From: Naegleria gruberi | Lineage: Eukaryota | Length of the DNA stretch: 64,000 nucleotides | NCBI GenBank assembly: GCA_000004985.1 | Contig: GG738848.1 | Reading direction: 5' to 3' (one strand) | Part shown: piece after piece, positions 53,360 to 64,000 of the stretch | Numbering within the stretch: position 1 is the first letter of the stretch | Layout: the number at the start of each line of letters is the position of its first letter | Made by a program: the position numbers and the translations under genes | Notes under the pieces: generated by a model | Told to the model about the DNA's origin: nothing | Database searches by the model: none | What the model saw: only the letters and a program-made list of their open reading frames with translations

Positions 53360-56169
53360 ATGACTGCAATAAATAAAATGGAAGAAAGTAAACGAAAGCC
53401 CTCCTCCCACGTATCATACTCAATGGGAACTCAAAACTCAACATCCAATAATGGAGATTCAACTTCCAATCACAAACGATCCCTTTCCACATCTAATTGT
53501 GTTTCTCCTCCAACCATCAGTCACTACTCAATGCTTCAAACCAAGAATGTCAAATCAAACATATCAAGAGAAATCCAACTCGATCAATTACAAGATCTTT
53601 CAAGTAGTGAATCATTTACAATGGGTGATTTAATCATTGTTTCCAATCGTTTACCAATGACCATCACTAGAAAGAAAAATTGTGATCATTGTGAACATCC
53701 ATTTAATTATCAGAAAAGTTCTGGAGGTTTAGTCACTGCTCTGACTGGAATGAATCAGGAATTCACATGGATTGGTTGGACAGGTTCTGAGGTTTCAGAT
53801 AAGAATGATCAGGATATTCTAAAGAGGGAATTATTGGAAGATTTCAATCAGTTTCCAGTCTTTTTAGAGAAGGAAGAGGCAACCATGTATTATGATGGTT
53901 TTTGTAATGGAGTATTGTGGCCTGTTTTTCATTACATGTATGAGAAGAATGTTACTTATAAACAGGAAGAATGGGATGCCTATAAGAAGGTGAATGAAAA
54001 GTTTGCTGATGCTGTGTTGAGTGTTTATAAGGAAAATGACTGTGTTTGGTAAGTTTGTTTACAACAACATTACAAAATATTTACAATGAAATTGTTAAAA
54101 TTGTTAGGATTCATGATTATCATTTAATGTTACTACCAGCAATTCTAAGAAAGAAGAAACCAGATATGAATATTGCCTTCTTTCTTCACATTCCCTTTCC
54201 ATCAAGTGAAATTTATAGAATTCTACCTGTCAGATCTCAACTTTTGGAAGGTTTGCTGTCAAGTAATTTGGTTGCATTTCACACATTTGATTTTGCAAGA
54301 CATTTCCTAAGCAGTTGCACAAGAACTTTGGGTTCAGATACAACTCCTAGAGGATTATTCAGCTCATCATCTGGACTCTTTGTTTCAGTTCATTCATTAC
54401 CAATTGGAATTGATCCACACACGTTCAGAAAGGAATTACACACTGAAGCATGCCAGAAAATCTTGTCAGATTTCAAGAATGTCAAGTATAAGGGCAAGAA
54501 GATTGTTTTGGGTATTGATCGTTTGGATTACACAAAAGGAGTTCAATTGAAATTTGCTGCCTTTGAAAGATTTTTAACAAACTTTCCACACAGAGCTCAG
54601 GATACAGTATTGATTCAAGTTGGTGTTCCAACACGTCCTAACGTTGTCGAATATCAAGAATTATTGAGTGATGTGAATGAAACTACTGGAAGAATCAACT
54701 CAACATTTGGCAGCTTGAATAATGGATTTCCTGTCCATTTCATTTACAAATCAGTTAATATGAGTGAATTATGTGCGCTGTATGCATTAGCTGATATCTG
54801 TTTAATTACATCCATTCGTGATGGTATGAATCTTGTCAGCTCTGAATATGTCGTTTGTCAAGATGAAGCAGTTCGCTTAGGATTAAAAGATCATGTAGGT
54901 GTTTTGATTTTGAGTGAATTTGCAGGTGCTGCCAGATCACTTGGTGGTTCTCTCATCATTAATCCATGGGATGTTGAACAAACTATGAAGAGTATTGCTG
55001 ATGGTTTGGATATGAAAATGTCAGAGAGAAGTGCACGTCACAAACATAACAATTCAATTGTCATGAGAAATACTGCAGCTCAATGGGGTAAAGATTTCAT
55101 GCAAGAATTTGAATCTGCATGTCGATATCAGAAAGATCCAACAGTGTTCAACAGATTGTCAGTTAAGGGGCTTCCAGTATTGAACTATGAAACCCTTGCT
55201 CAGGACTATATTCACTCAACTGCTTGTGGAAAGAGATTATTTCTATTTGATTATGATGGCACTTTGGTTAGATTGAACAAATTCCCATCTCTTGCTCTTC
55301 CTTCTGAAAGATTGTTGCAAATTTTGGAGAATTTGACAAGTGATCCAAATAATATGGTTTACATTATTACTGGAAGATCTGAAGAGCAAATGACTGAATT
55401 TGTTGGACATGTTAAAGGATTGGGAATTGCATGTGAACATGGGTTCTATTGCAGACATCCAAATCAAATAGAGTTTACAACATCTCTTTACAATATCGAT
55501 CCAGAATCTTTGGCATGGATTGAAATGGTCAAACCAATTCTCGAACATGTGACAAGTAGAACACCTGGATCATTCACAGAGGTAAAGAATTCATCCCTTG
55601 TCTTCCATTATAGAAATGCTGATCCAGATTATGGTGAATGGAGTGCCAATGAATTGAAACTCCACTTGGAAATGTCATTCAATTCACAACCATTGGAAAT
55701 TATTCGTGGAAGAAATAAGGTTATTGAGATTCGTCCACAATCTGTCAGTAAGGGTGCCTGTACAAGAAAGCTCATTGAGAAAGGCGATTACAGTTTCATA
55801 TTCTGTTGTGGTGATGATAATACAGATGAATCCATGTTTGAAGAAGTGGAAAGACATTCCAAGAAGAATATGTTAAGTAATCCTCAATCTCCATCCATTG
55901 GTTTGTCCTCATTTGGTGATCATGCAAGACCTGCCTCTACTTTCTCACCACTCAATCCTACTACTGGAACACCTCAATCACCAAAATATTCACCAGCCGT
56001 TGGAGGTTTCTCTGCAAGGAATATTGCAAATATTACTCCAAAGACTGTCTACTCTGTGGTCATTACGAAAGGCACTGAAAAGATTGCAAGTAAGGCAAGA
56101 TATCAGATTAGAGGAGTGGATGGATTGTTGGATGTGTTGGAAGACTTGAATAATGAGCAATGCGTGTAA
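53360..56169 (+). CDS. tps: Trehalose-6-phosphate synthase / phosphatase fusion (GT20 + HAD TPP domain), 2 exons
   Basis: Exons 53360..54048 and 54108..56169. The intron splits a Trp codon (TG|GTAAGT ... GTTAG|G). GT20 motifs IVSNRLP, GGLVTAL, VWIHDYHLMLLP, FFLHIPFPSSEIYR and GVDRLDYTKG-like. TPP/HAD LFLFDYDGTLV...CGDDNTDE. About 916 aa. Confidence 0.8.
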
Positions 56170-56189
56170 TGAAATGGTAAATTGAAAAT

Positions 56190-58214
56190 TTATAAATTCT
56201 CTTGTACCATGGTGAATTTCCATTGTTGAGTTTTTGATTTGTCTTTGATGGTGAGAGTATGATCGTGTGAATTTTCACCAGCAAGTGTTGGTGTAGTTTC
56301 ATCAGCTTGTTGTGAGCTGGAACTGCCAACAGACATGTTAAGAGTTGATAGGTAAGGAGAACTTCCTCGGCCGTTTTCACAATCCAAAACAAGGTTCAAA
56401 TTACCAACGTTTGCAATACAGACACTTTCTGTAGAAAGTGGATTGACTGGTTGGAAAACAAGCCACTTTTGTGTTGCATTGTCAGAGTCTCGTTTCTCGC
56501 TAACAACAATATCTGAACCTTCTTCCAGTGTGATACATTCTAATACATAGTCGCAATTTTGAGATAATTCTATAAATCCAGATTCTCTAAATATAAATCT
56601 TTGAGATTGTGAAAGAAGGAATGACTTTTCACTGGTGATAACAACCGAGTTGTCATTCAAATTGGCCTCCAAAACAAACCCATTAGTACAATTCTTGATG
56701 AAAATTTGGGTATTGTAAGGTACTACCGTTGGTCCATTAGTTTTGTTCTTCTTGGCGATGGATGGTTGTGAAACAACATCTGATTCATTCTTCTTGGTCT
56801 TTGGTCTCTTGACCTTATAGAAGGCAAGATAGCATATGTACAAATTTTGATGCCAAGTTCTACTGTCAGCATGTCTTAAATTAACAGAAAATCCATACGG
56901 AGAAATTGTCTTGATAGTTACAGAGTGAATATCATTACTTGGAAGTTGAGGATCACATCTTGGTGTACAAATAACCATTCTTGGCATTACAAAATCATTA
57001 CCAGGAATATTTGGAATATCATTTTGTAAAAATCTAATTTCTCTATCAACATAATCATCATTTGTAATATTTTGTCCAACAGGTAAAATTCCAGCTTTGA
57101 TAATGCAATCCTTTCCGAATGGATTTGGAATTTGAGGTGAATTGTAAAAAACAGTCCAATTGAGTTTGATTGGTTGTGTCCAAGGTTTCGAAACACTGTC
57201 AAAACTAATTCTCCTCACAACAGCAACAAATCTATTTGGATAAACTTCTCTAACAGTAGCAATAAATGTATCATCAGAATTACCATCAGATGAATGAGGT
57301 GTTACAATGACAACTGGAGGATGGCTTGGTATGAGTGTTGGTGTATTGCTCGAGTACATTAAATTTGTAGAGACTGTTGGACTTTCAGGAACAGTAACTT
57401 GACTATTCATCAAGGATTTGCTATCAAATGATGAAGAATATAAATCTCCAGTTGATGTATAAACAGCGTGTTGTTTTGAAGGATGGGTAGCCGTTGATCC
57501 ATTATATCCATGATTCCAACTTGTTGGTATTGGTGGTAAATTAATAGTTACAGACATTAAATAGACCAAATTATTAGAATTGGCAGCTTGACTTGAAATT
57601 GAAGGATTCATAATCATTGAGTTGTTATTACCATTGGCAAGCATCATGATAGTATCGGAAGAAGAAGAGCCATGCATTCCTGAAGGAATGTTAACATTTG
57701 GTGTATGAATTGGATTAGGAACTCCAACAACTGTTCTACCACTGCAAAATGATGGCAATGTGGCAAACCATTGAAGTCTAATATTACTAATCCAAGGTTT
57801 TTCCTTCTTCTTTGATACTCTTCTCACAGCACAACAAAATCCTGTTGTTGTGGTTGAAAGTATTGTGACAGCATATGTATTTGAAACTTCCTTTACAACA
57901 CCTTGAGATGAAGAGGTCATTGTGTGTTGATCAATCAATACCTGCCCATGAACAATTGGTTGTTTGGAGAATGGTTTTGGGAAAATTACATTCACAAAGG
58001 CACATGATTTTCCATTCTTATTATCTCCTACAGAAGTTACACCTGTTTGAGTGACTACATTAGAAGAAGTATTAAAAGAGCTTGAAAGACTATTTTGAAG
58101 ATTGGTCAAGGATTGGGCATTGACTAGTGAAGGAGGTTGGGAAGATGAAAAACTCTTTCTTTGTGAAGGAGTTACAATACTGATACTTCCACGTGATGAT
58201 GTTGTATAAACCAT
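56190..58214 (-). CDS. Putative multi-lectin: three H-type-lectin-like repeats plus a C-terminal ricin-B-like beta-trefoil
   Basis: Three related ~40-aa modules (YAVTILSTTTTGFCCAVRRVSKKKEKPWISNIRLQWFA, FIATVREVYPNRFVAVVRRISFDSVSKPWTQPIKLNWTVF, HSVTIKTISPYGFSVNLRHADSRTWHQNLYICYLAFYKV). The C-terminal region carries QxW-type motifs (ATQKWLV, TQQWKF). S/T-rich linkers. 674 aa. The domain assignment is an inference. Confidence 0.45.
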   Translation of the reverse strand: MVYTTSSRGSISIVTPSQRKSFSSSQPPSLVNAQSLTNLQNSLSSSFNTSSNVVTQTGVTSVGDNKNGKSCAFVNVIFPKPFSKQPIVHGQVLIDQHTMTSSSQGVVKEVSNTYAVTILSTTTTGFCCAVRRVSKKKEKPWISNIRLQWFATLPSFCSGRTVVGVPNPIHTPNVNIPSGMHGSSSSDTIMMLANGNNNSMIMNPSISSQAANSNNLVYLMSVTINLPPIPTSWNHGYNGSTATHPSKQHAVYTSTGDLYSSSFDSKSLMNSQVTVPESPTVSTNLMYSSNTPTLIPSHPPVVIVTPHSSDGNSDDTFIATVREVYPNRFVAVVRRISFDSVSKPWTQPIKLNWTVFYNSPQIPNPFGKDCIIKAGILPVGQNITNDDYVDREIRFLQNDIPNIPGNDFVMPRMVICTPRCDPQLPSNDIHSVTIKTISPYGFSVNLRHADSRTWHQNLYICYLAFYKVKRPKTKKNESDVVSQPSIAKKNKTNGPTVVPYNTQIFIKNCTNGFVLEANLNDNSVVITSEKSFLLSQSQRFIFRESGFIELSQNCDYVLECITLEEGSDIVVSEKRDSDNATQKWLVFQPVNPLSTESVCIANVGNLNLVLDCENGRGSSPYLSTLNMSVGSSSSQQADETTPTLAGENSHDHTLTIKDKSKTQQWKFTMVQENL

Positions 58215-58805
58215 TATTAAATTAAATTATTATATGTATATATAGTATATTATTCTGATGATGAGAATGAATTTAAATAATTATTAATATTGATGATGAC
58301 TATGAAAATCCAATTCCGCTAATAATAAGTAAAATAAACTCGTTAAATTCGGCCACAAGCGTTTTAAAAGGCCTCCACAATCAATAATAAACAGAGAAAT
58401 AGCAACAATCACCGACACGAAACAGAAAGAACGCAAGGGTGAATAAAATCTTCTTAAATTTTTTGATTTATTTTTATTGTAGAGAAGTGCGAATGGGAGC
58501 GAATTTGAAATTGTTTTCTTATTTAGATTTCAAATTTTTTATTTTTAAATTTTTTTGAAAGAATGCAACAAAATACATGTCCAAATAGAAATTGGTTAAA
58601 TTCAAGGGTAATTTAGATAGAAACATGTTCTTTTTACTTTATGGTATCAAAGTAAGGGTTCCAAAGCTTCTTTTACAAGCATGAAAGCAAACAATTCGCT
58701 TTCAAAATGGACCATAAAAGTACTAATGATTCCACTTTAAGTTTTCCAACAACATTCAATTCTAAACGTTTGATTTTCAACAACACTTAAAACTCATCAA
58801 AAAAA

Positions 58806-61800
58806 ATGTCAAAACATCAACAACAACATAATAAACAGCAAACAGGAAATAACTTTTCCGTTCTAACTGTAGATCCAAGTATTGAAGATGATTCATCATC
58901 AACAAGAAAAGCATCAATGAATCAAATGATTTCCTTTCCATCATCACTTTCTCCTCAACAGGAAGTCTTGAAATCTATTCGATTGATTCTCCGTCTTGAT
59001 AAATCAAAATTAATTGATCAACTCAATTCAATGATGGATAATTTTAAGAAAGTTCTTCATCAGTTATTGAATATAGGACAAGTTAGAAAGGAAAATATTG
59101 AATTTTATTGCGAGTGGATGAGAATGATCAAACATTTGTGTATTGGAGGAGGTGATAAGGTTTCGTTTCGTTTGGGAAATGAAACAGATATTATTCCATG
59201 GCTGTTGTATATTGCTTTTGATGCCAATGTTGTGAATGAACAGTTTATTGATGGAGAAATTGTTAGATTAGGTAATTTTCTTTTACTTTCTAATATTAAT
59301 ATTCGAATATTATTATAGCCTGTACAACCATCCATGCACTAATTGATAACGTTGATGAGAATAGAATAATTGTCAGAGAAAGTAGAGGATTAAAGAATTT
59401 TCTCGACCTGATCCGAGTGAACCAACAAAGTTTTGCTGTAAATAGTGAGTGCAAGAGATGTGCTCTGTTGGTGTTAGAAAAGTTTTGCATCAATTGTAAG
59501 TGTTTCTTGACTTTTCACATGTTTAAAATTGTTGTTAAATTTCACAAAATTACACACATTAATTTCAATCATTGAATATATAATCATGACAAATAGCATC
59601 TAACAAATCCCTCTTCCCAATTATTAATGGAACACAAATAGTAATTGATCAAATGAATCAAGCATATAATACCATAATGAATTCACCAAAGAAACAAATT
59701 GATGTTGTACTGTATGGAATAATTGAGGCATGTTCGAGAGTATTGAGATCACTCTGTTTAAATCATCAAAAGAATACAGATGACATTTCATCAAAGACTC
59801 CAATTGCTCCTCTCATTTTGTGTATTTTAAACTCTTTGAATGTTTCAATGAGTGGTGGAAAGAATGAAAAATCTACATCCTCCTCAGAAGGATACAAAAC
59901 GTTGAAAGTTCAGGATAATGATTTCTCCGAGTTACTTTCCCATATACTTTTCATATTATTGGCCATCTCACAAAAAGGTAAGCAGTTTGTGAATTATTCA
60001 ATATATTGAAATATAATATTATTCCAGAAAATCGAAAGACGGAACTGATTGAAATACATTCAACACTGAAAGAGGAAAATCAATTTTTAGAATTGTTACT
60101 TTCCCTTGTGTGCTACTTGTATTCTTCATCTTCTTCGAGTGGCAGTAATTATACCAGAAAGGCTTTCAATCAAACTCTTTCAATTCTTGCAAATTTGAGC
60201 TCAATAGAAAAGGTGAGAAAGGAACTCATATCACAAAAGGAAGGAAAATCAAACAGCTCTAAATATTTCAATTACTATCTGGACAAGAAGTATCTGAATG
60301 GAGCTCAAGTAATACATGTGCAATTCACACGATTTGGAACCTTGAAAACCTCTCAGAATATCGAAGAACAGGAAGAAAGAAGTTTTGCAGAGAGTGTCTT
60401 GTCTCTGTTCACTCACATTGGAGAGTATAATTTTAAGGATTTGTACTTGTTTATTGGGATGAAAGTAACAGAAGTTTTGAATCATGTCTATACAATTATT
60501 AATCATACCAATGACATCATCATTTTGCAACATTGTTTATACTTGATTAGAATGTATCTATCACAAGAGAACAGATCCATTGTGGAGGGTGTTACTAATG
60601 ACCATTTGACCAAAGCTGCGGAATGTATTCTATCAATTTTGAATAGAGAGTTCATTATTAATCAATCATTCACCTCTACATTACACTTAAAGTCGCAATA
60701 TCACTCAGATGTTGAATTGGCCAATCTGCAATATTCTTGCCTGACCACATTCAACTCGCTTAATTTGCAAGATGTTGGAATCTGGAGAGCCCTTATTGAG
60801 AAGGCCCAAAAGTCCATTCACTATCACAGATTATGCGATTGGATCATTCAAATGGAATTGGTAGAGAAGAACTCTCGTGTCTTGCTGGCCATTCTCGAGA
60901 TTCTTAACCAAATGGTTCAATATGAAAAGGTAGATATTAGAGATATTGCACTTCTTGGTATTGGCTCCAAGATTATCAAACTTTTAGATCATGAAATGTT
61001 TCAAGATATTGCCATCTATCTAATCTATAGTCTTTCATTAGATTCAATCTTTAAGCAAACATTTATATTTGGTGGGGGACTGAAAAAGCTTTTCAAACTT
61101 GCCAAAATCAACGAAGCGACCTTTCTCAATAATGTTTTAAAGATATTTACCAACTTTTCTAGGAAGGACAGAAATGCAAAAGTGGCAATAGCTGAAACTG
61201 GTTGTCTCGATTACATTTTAAACAGATTTTCCACTGACAAGACCTATACAAACAAAAATATCAAGAATACAGTTGCCTTGTTGCAGAGTCTTTCAGAGGT
61301 ACCTACATTGGCAACGTTTATTGCATCTTTCGATATAGTTCCTAACCTGGTAAAACTATTGACATCATCAGAATCCTGTGCCATTTTGGAACAAGCAACT
61401 AATTTGATTTTTTCTGTAATTACGATTGCCAAATATGAGCAAGGAAGAAAAAGGGTTATTGAACATTTCAAAGACTTGATTCCTTTCCTCCATTGTGAGA
61501 TTCCTGAGGCACAAGAGAATGTGATTAACATCTTCTCTAATATTGCTGCCATACCTCAACATCAAAAAGCATTGAAGGAAGGAGGATTAGTCACTGAACT
61601 GGAAAATTTAGTGGAAGGTGATGATCAATACATTAGTTTGTTGGCTCAATTGGCTTTGAACAATTTTTCAGGAAAGAAGGGAGAGGAGAGTCTCAAAAAC
61701 AAGCTCCTTACTGCTGCAAACAAATCTGAGGACTTTAAAGCAAAGAAAGAATCCATCGAGAAGCAATATGTCAAAAAGTACGAAAATGAAATCAAGAGAG

Positions 61801-63320
61801 AATCTGTCATGTGGAATAGCTTGTCAAGCAGCTTGAATACCAACGCCTATGAAAAGTTGAATATTGAAATCAATTGGAGTTTCTTTGATGAGTTGAGTTC
61901 AGAAGCAGAAAAGAGAAGAGCTTTCCACTTACTCAAGGAAACCTCTTGGAGAAATCTCAGAGAATCAATTTCTCTGTTTTGCAATCAATCCCCAGTCCAT
62001 AATAGAACCTTCCTTACTTGTGTAAATATTCTGGTTGTCGAATTTGAAATGACATCCTATTTGGCTTACAAACCAATTCTTGGAAACATGAATGCCGACT
62101 TTGCTGAGCTTCCAATGTCAGCAAGAAGCAACAGAAAGACATGTGCCACTCTGAAGAATATTTCAACCTCTGAATCTGTTGCAGAAACATACAAGAGAAA
62201 GTACAACAAGTTGGGTGTCCTATTCTACAATATTGGTTACGATGATATGAATACAATGAGTAAGGAGGACTTTGTTGCTGGTCTCAATCGTCTCCTCCAA
62301 GAAGATATTTCCAAGATTAGAGAAATTACTCCCAAGTCAGTCCTTGAAACTGATAGTCTCAAATTCAGACCTTTCAAGAAGGAAATTCAAAAAGAGGATC
62401 AAAAAGTACATTCGAGAAACAACTCTCTCAATGATTTGGGTCTTGCTCCAATGAATTTGACAGATGACCAAATGTTACTTGCCAAGAATCCAATGCTATT
62501 CCTGAAAGAACAAGCCAGACAAACCTACAAGGGATCTCTATATTTGCAAAGTTTTGCCACCCTCATCAAAACCAAGTACTTTACCCAATATACAGAGGAT
62601 GATGAAAAGGCCTTTGCATTCTGTTTTGAAAAAATCAAAGCTATCGAGGAGACATTTATTAAGGGATGGAAAGTTGTCAAATATAATAAGAGTGGTTTGA
62701 AGCAAGAGAGATTTATTCTACTCACTGACAAGAATTACTACACAATCAAATTTGACTATTCCAAGAAACATGTCGATACTAAACATACCAAGCCACATGA
62801 TTTATCCAATATTCATGTCATTGATATTGGATGTTTTGAAAAGACAAGTTCTCCATGCCTCGTTGTCTACTGCAAAGAAAAGACTAGTAAGAGTAAGAAA
62901 TCATTCGCCAAAACTGCCAAGAAGAGCTTCAAACTCTCCAGCACTGCTGATTTATCCCTAGCCACTTTGGATCATGAGATTGTAATTGATAAGAATAGGC
63001 CTTCTACTTTGGATTGTTATTGTAATATATTTTGTGGTTTGAATGAAAGTAATTCCTCAACATCAGTCTCCTCAAATACTCCCACCTCTGCTCCTAGTGC
63101 AGCAGATCTTCTTTCCTTCAATACCTTAGGAAATCAGGTACAAGTTGATGAATCTAACAAGATTATTTTGGAAGAAATTGCATGGAGCATATATGCTTCT
63201 GCTTGTTGTTTAAGAGGTCAACAATTGTTTGAACCTTACTTGGAACAAATTATTGACAAACCAAAGCAAGGTATTACCAGTTTCATCTATAACAAGCTGG
63301 GATTTGGAAACTTAAAGTAA
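58806..63320 (+). CDS. Large armadillo/HEAT-repeat protein with a PH/GRAM-like C-terminal segment, 4 exons
   Basis: Exons 58806..59271, 59319..59495, 59597..59974 and 60028..63320. Donors GTAATT/GTAAGT/GTAAGC, acceptors TAG/TAG/CAG. Phases are consistent, about 1437 aa. Repeated helical LxxLxxLS blocks in the 60.9-61.7 kb region. FILLTDKNYYTIKFDYSKK...VVYCKEK is PH-like. Confidence 0.55.
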
Positions 63321-63495
63321 CCTTAAAATTTCAATCTTTTTCATTGACGCACACAATATTATTAATTGTATTATTAATCATCATTAACATGTTAATAAAA
63401 ACAATTATCATCAGATATGTGTGGATTAAAGTAACATTCCAGTTGTCACTTAAAACACCTAGAATCTCTAGAGTAACCTAGTAAATATCGACCAT

Positions 63496-63987
63496 CTAAC
63501 ATGTTTGATTAGAAACCAGTGATTTCTCTGATGGGAATTTAAAATTATCCAAAGACATTCTCAATGTTGTTGTCCTTGGATCTCGTTGTCTTCTCTCAAT
63601 TTCTCTCTCTGCATAAACAACAGGATCAAACAAATCTGGCTGCACTATAATACATGAGGAGGCCGTTGACTTTTTCTTTGTCTTTTTCGAACTTACGGAA
63701 GCAAGTGTTGAAGTGCTTAATGATGAAGCAATAGTAGGTTGGTGATTGGATGAGGCTCCTTTCACACTACCACTACTGGTATTATTGCTGCTCGAGTATT
63801 GAAGACCTGTCTGTGAATGAGAAGGTCGCATTGTAACCTTAGTGGATGCATTCGATGTAGTATCATTAGGGAAGGGAGATGATGACTTTTCACTCGTCTT
63901 GTACAAATCTTCACTCGAGCTCTTTCTTGCCTGCTTTTTGGAGCTAACATTTTTGCCTACGAATGAACTGCTGCAGGATGATCCCAT
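63496..63987 (-). CDS. Small S-rich protein with an N-terminal MGxxCS (myristoylation/palmitoylation-type) motif
   Basis: MGSSCSSSFVGK... has Gly2 and Cys5 suited to N-myristoylation/S-acylation. 163 aa. Confidence 0.4.
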   Translation of the reverse strand: MGSSCSSSFVGKNVSSKKQARKSSSEDLYKTSEKSSSPFPNDTTSNASTKVTMRPSHSQTGLQYSSSNNTSSGSVKGASSNHQPTIASSLSTSTLASVSSKKTKKKSTASSCIIVQPDLFDPVVYAEREIERRQRDPRTTTLRMSLDNFKFPSEKSLVSNQTC

Positions 63988-64000
63988 TATAATGTTGTAC

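Overview
The window is AT-rich (about 33% GC) nuclear DNA that looks like a dictyostelid social amoeba rather than D. discoideum itself. The evidence for that: short introns with GTAAGT/GTATGT donors and (T)AG acceptors, A-runs directly before ATG starts, poly-N/Q/S low-complexity coding, a hybrid histidine kinase, and many F-box-like genes. The species call is an inference.

Gene density is high, about 40 protein-coding genes on both strands.

- Housekeeping or enzyme genes I recognise: ribosomal protein eS12, mitochondrial enoyl-CoA hydratase, RidA/YjgF, a stand-alone FolB-type dihydroneopterin aldolase, a GH99 endo-alpha-mannosidase, a membrane-anchored S8 subtilisin-like protease (3 exons), a TPS/TPP fusion (2 exons), and an ATP-grasp enzyme.
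- Signalling genes: a 702-aa hybrid histidine kinase, a 6-exon Rho/Rac-family GTPase, a 7-exon Amt/MEP ammonium transporter that appears to contain a 4-nt micro-exon, and three membrane-anchored RGS-domain proteins (a divergently transcribed two-TM paralog pair plus a signal-peptide-7TM-RGS protein).
- Pol III genes: seven tRNA genes (Leu-AAG and Tyr-GTA with introns, Gln-TTG, Asp-GTC, Ser-AGA, Gly-GCC, Glu-TTC) and a chromosomal 5S rRNA gene about 110 bp from tRNA-Glu.
- Other: four F-box/LRR-like genes, a BTB-TLDc protein, an RCC1-repeat protein, a putative multi-lectin, and a truncated ADF/cofilin-like ORF.

All calls come from reading the sequence and the supplied ORF track. The track renders non-ATG starts as M, and many of its ORFs are overlapping or antisense artefacts. 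Splice coordinates are anchored to ORF-track coordinates where possible and should be accurate to about +/-1-2 nt. No database searches were run.
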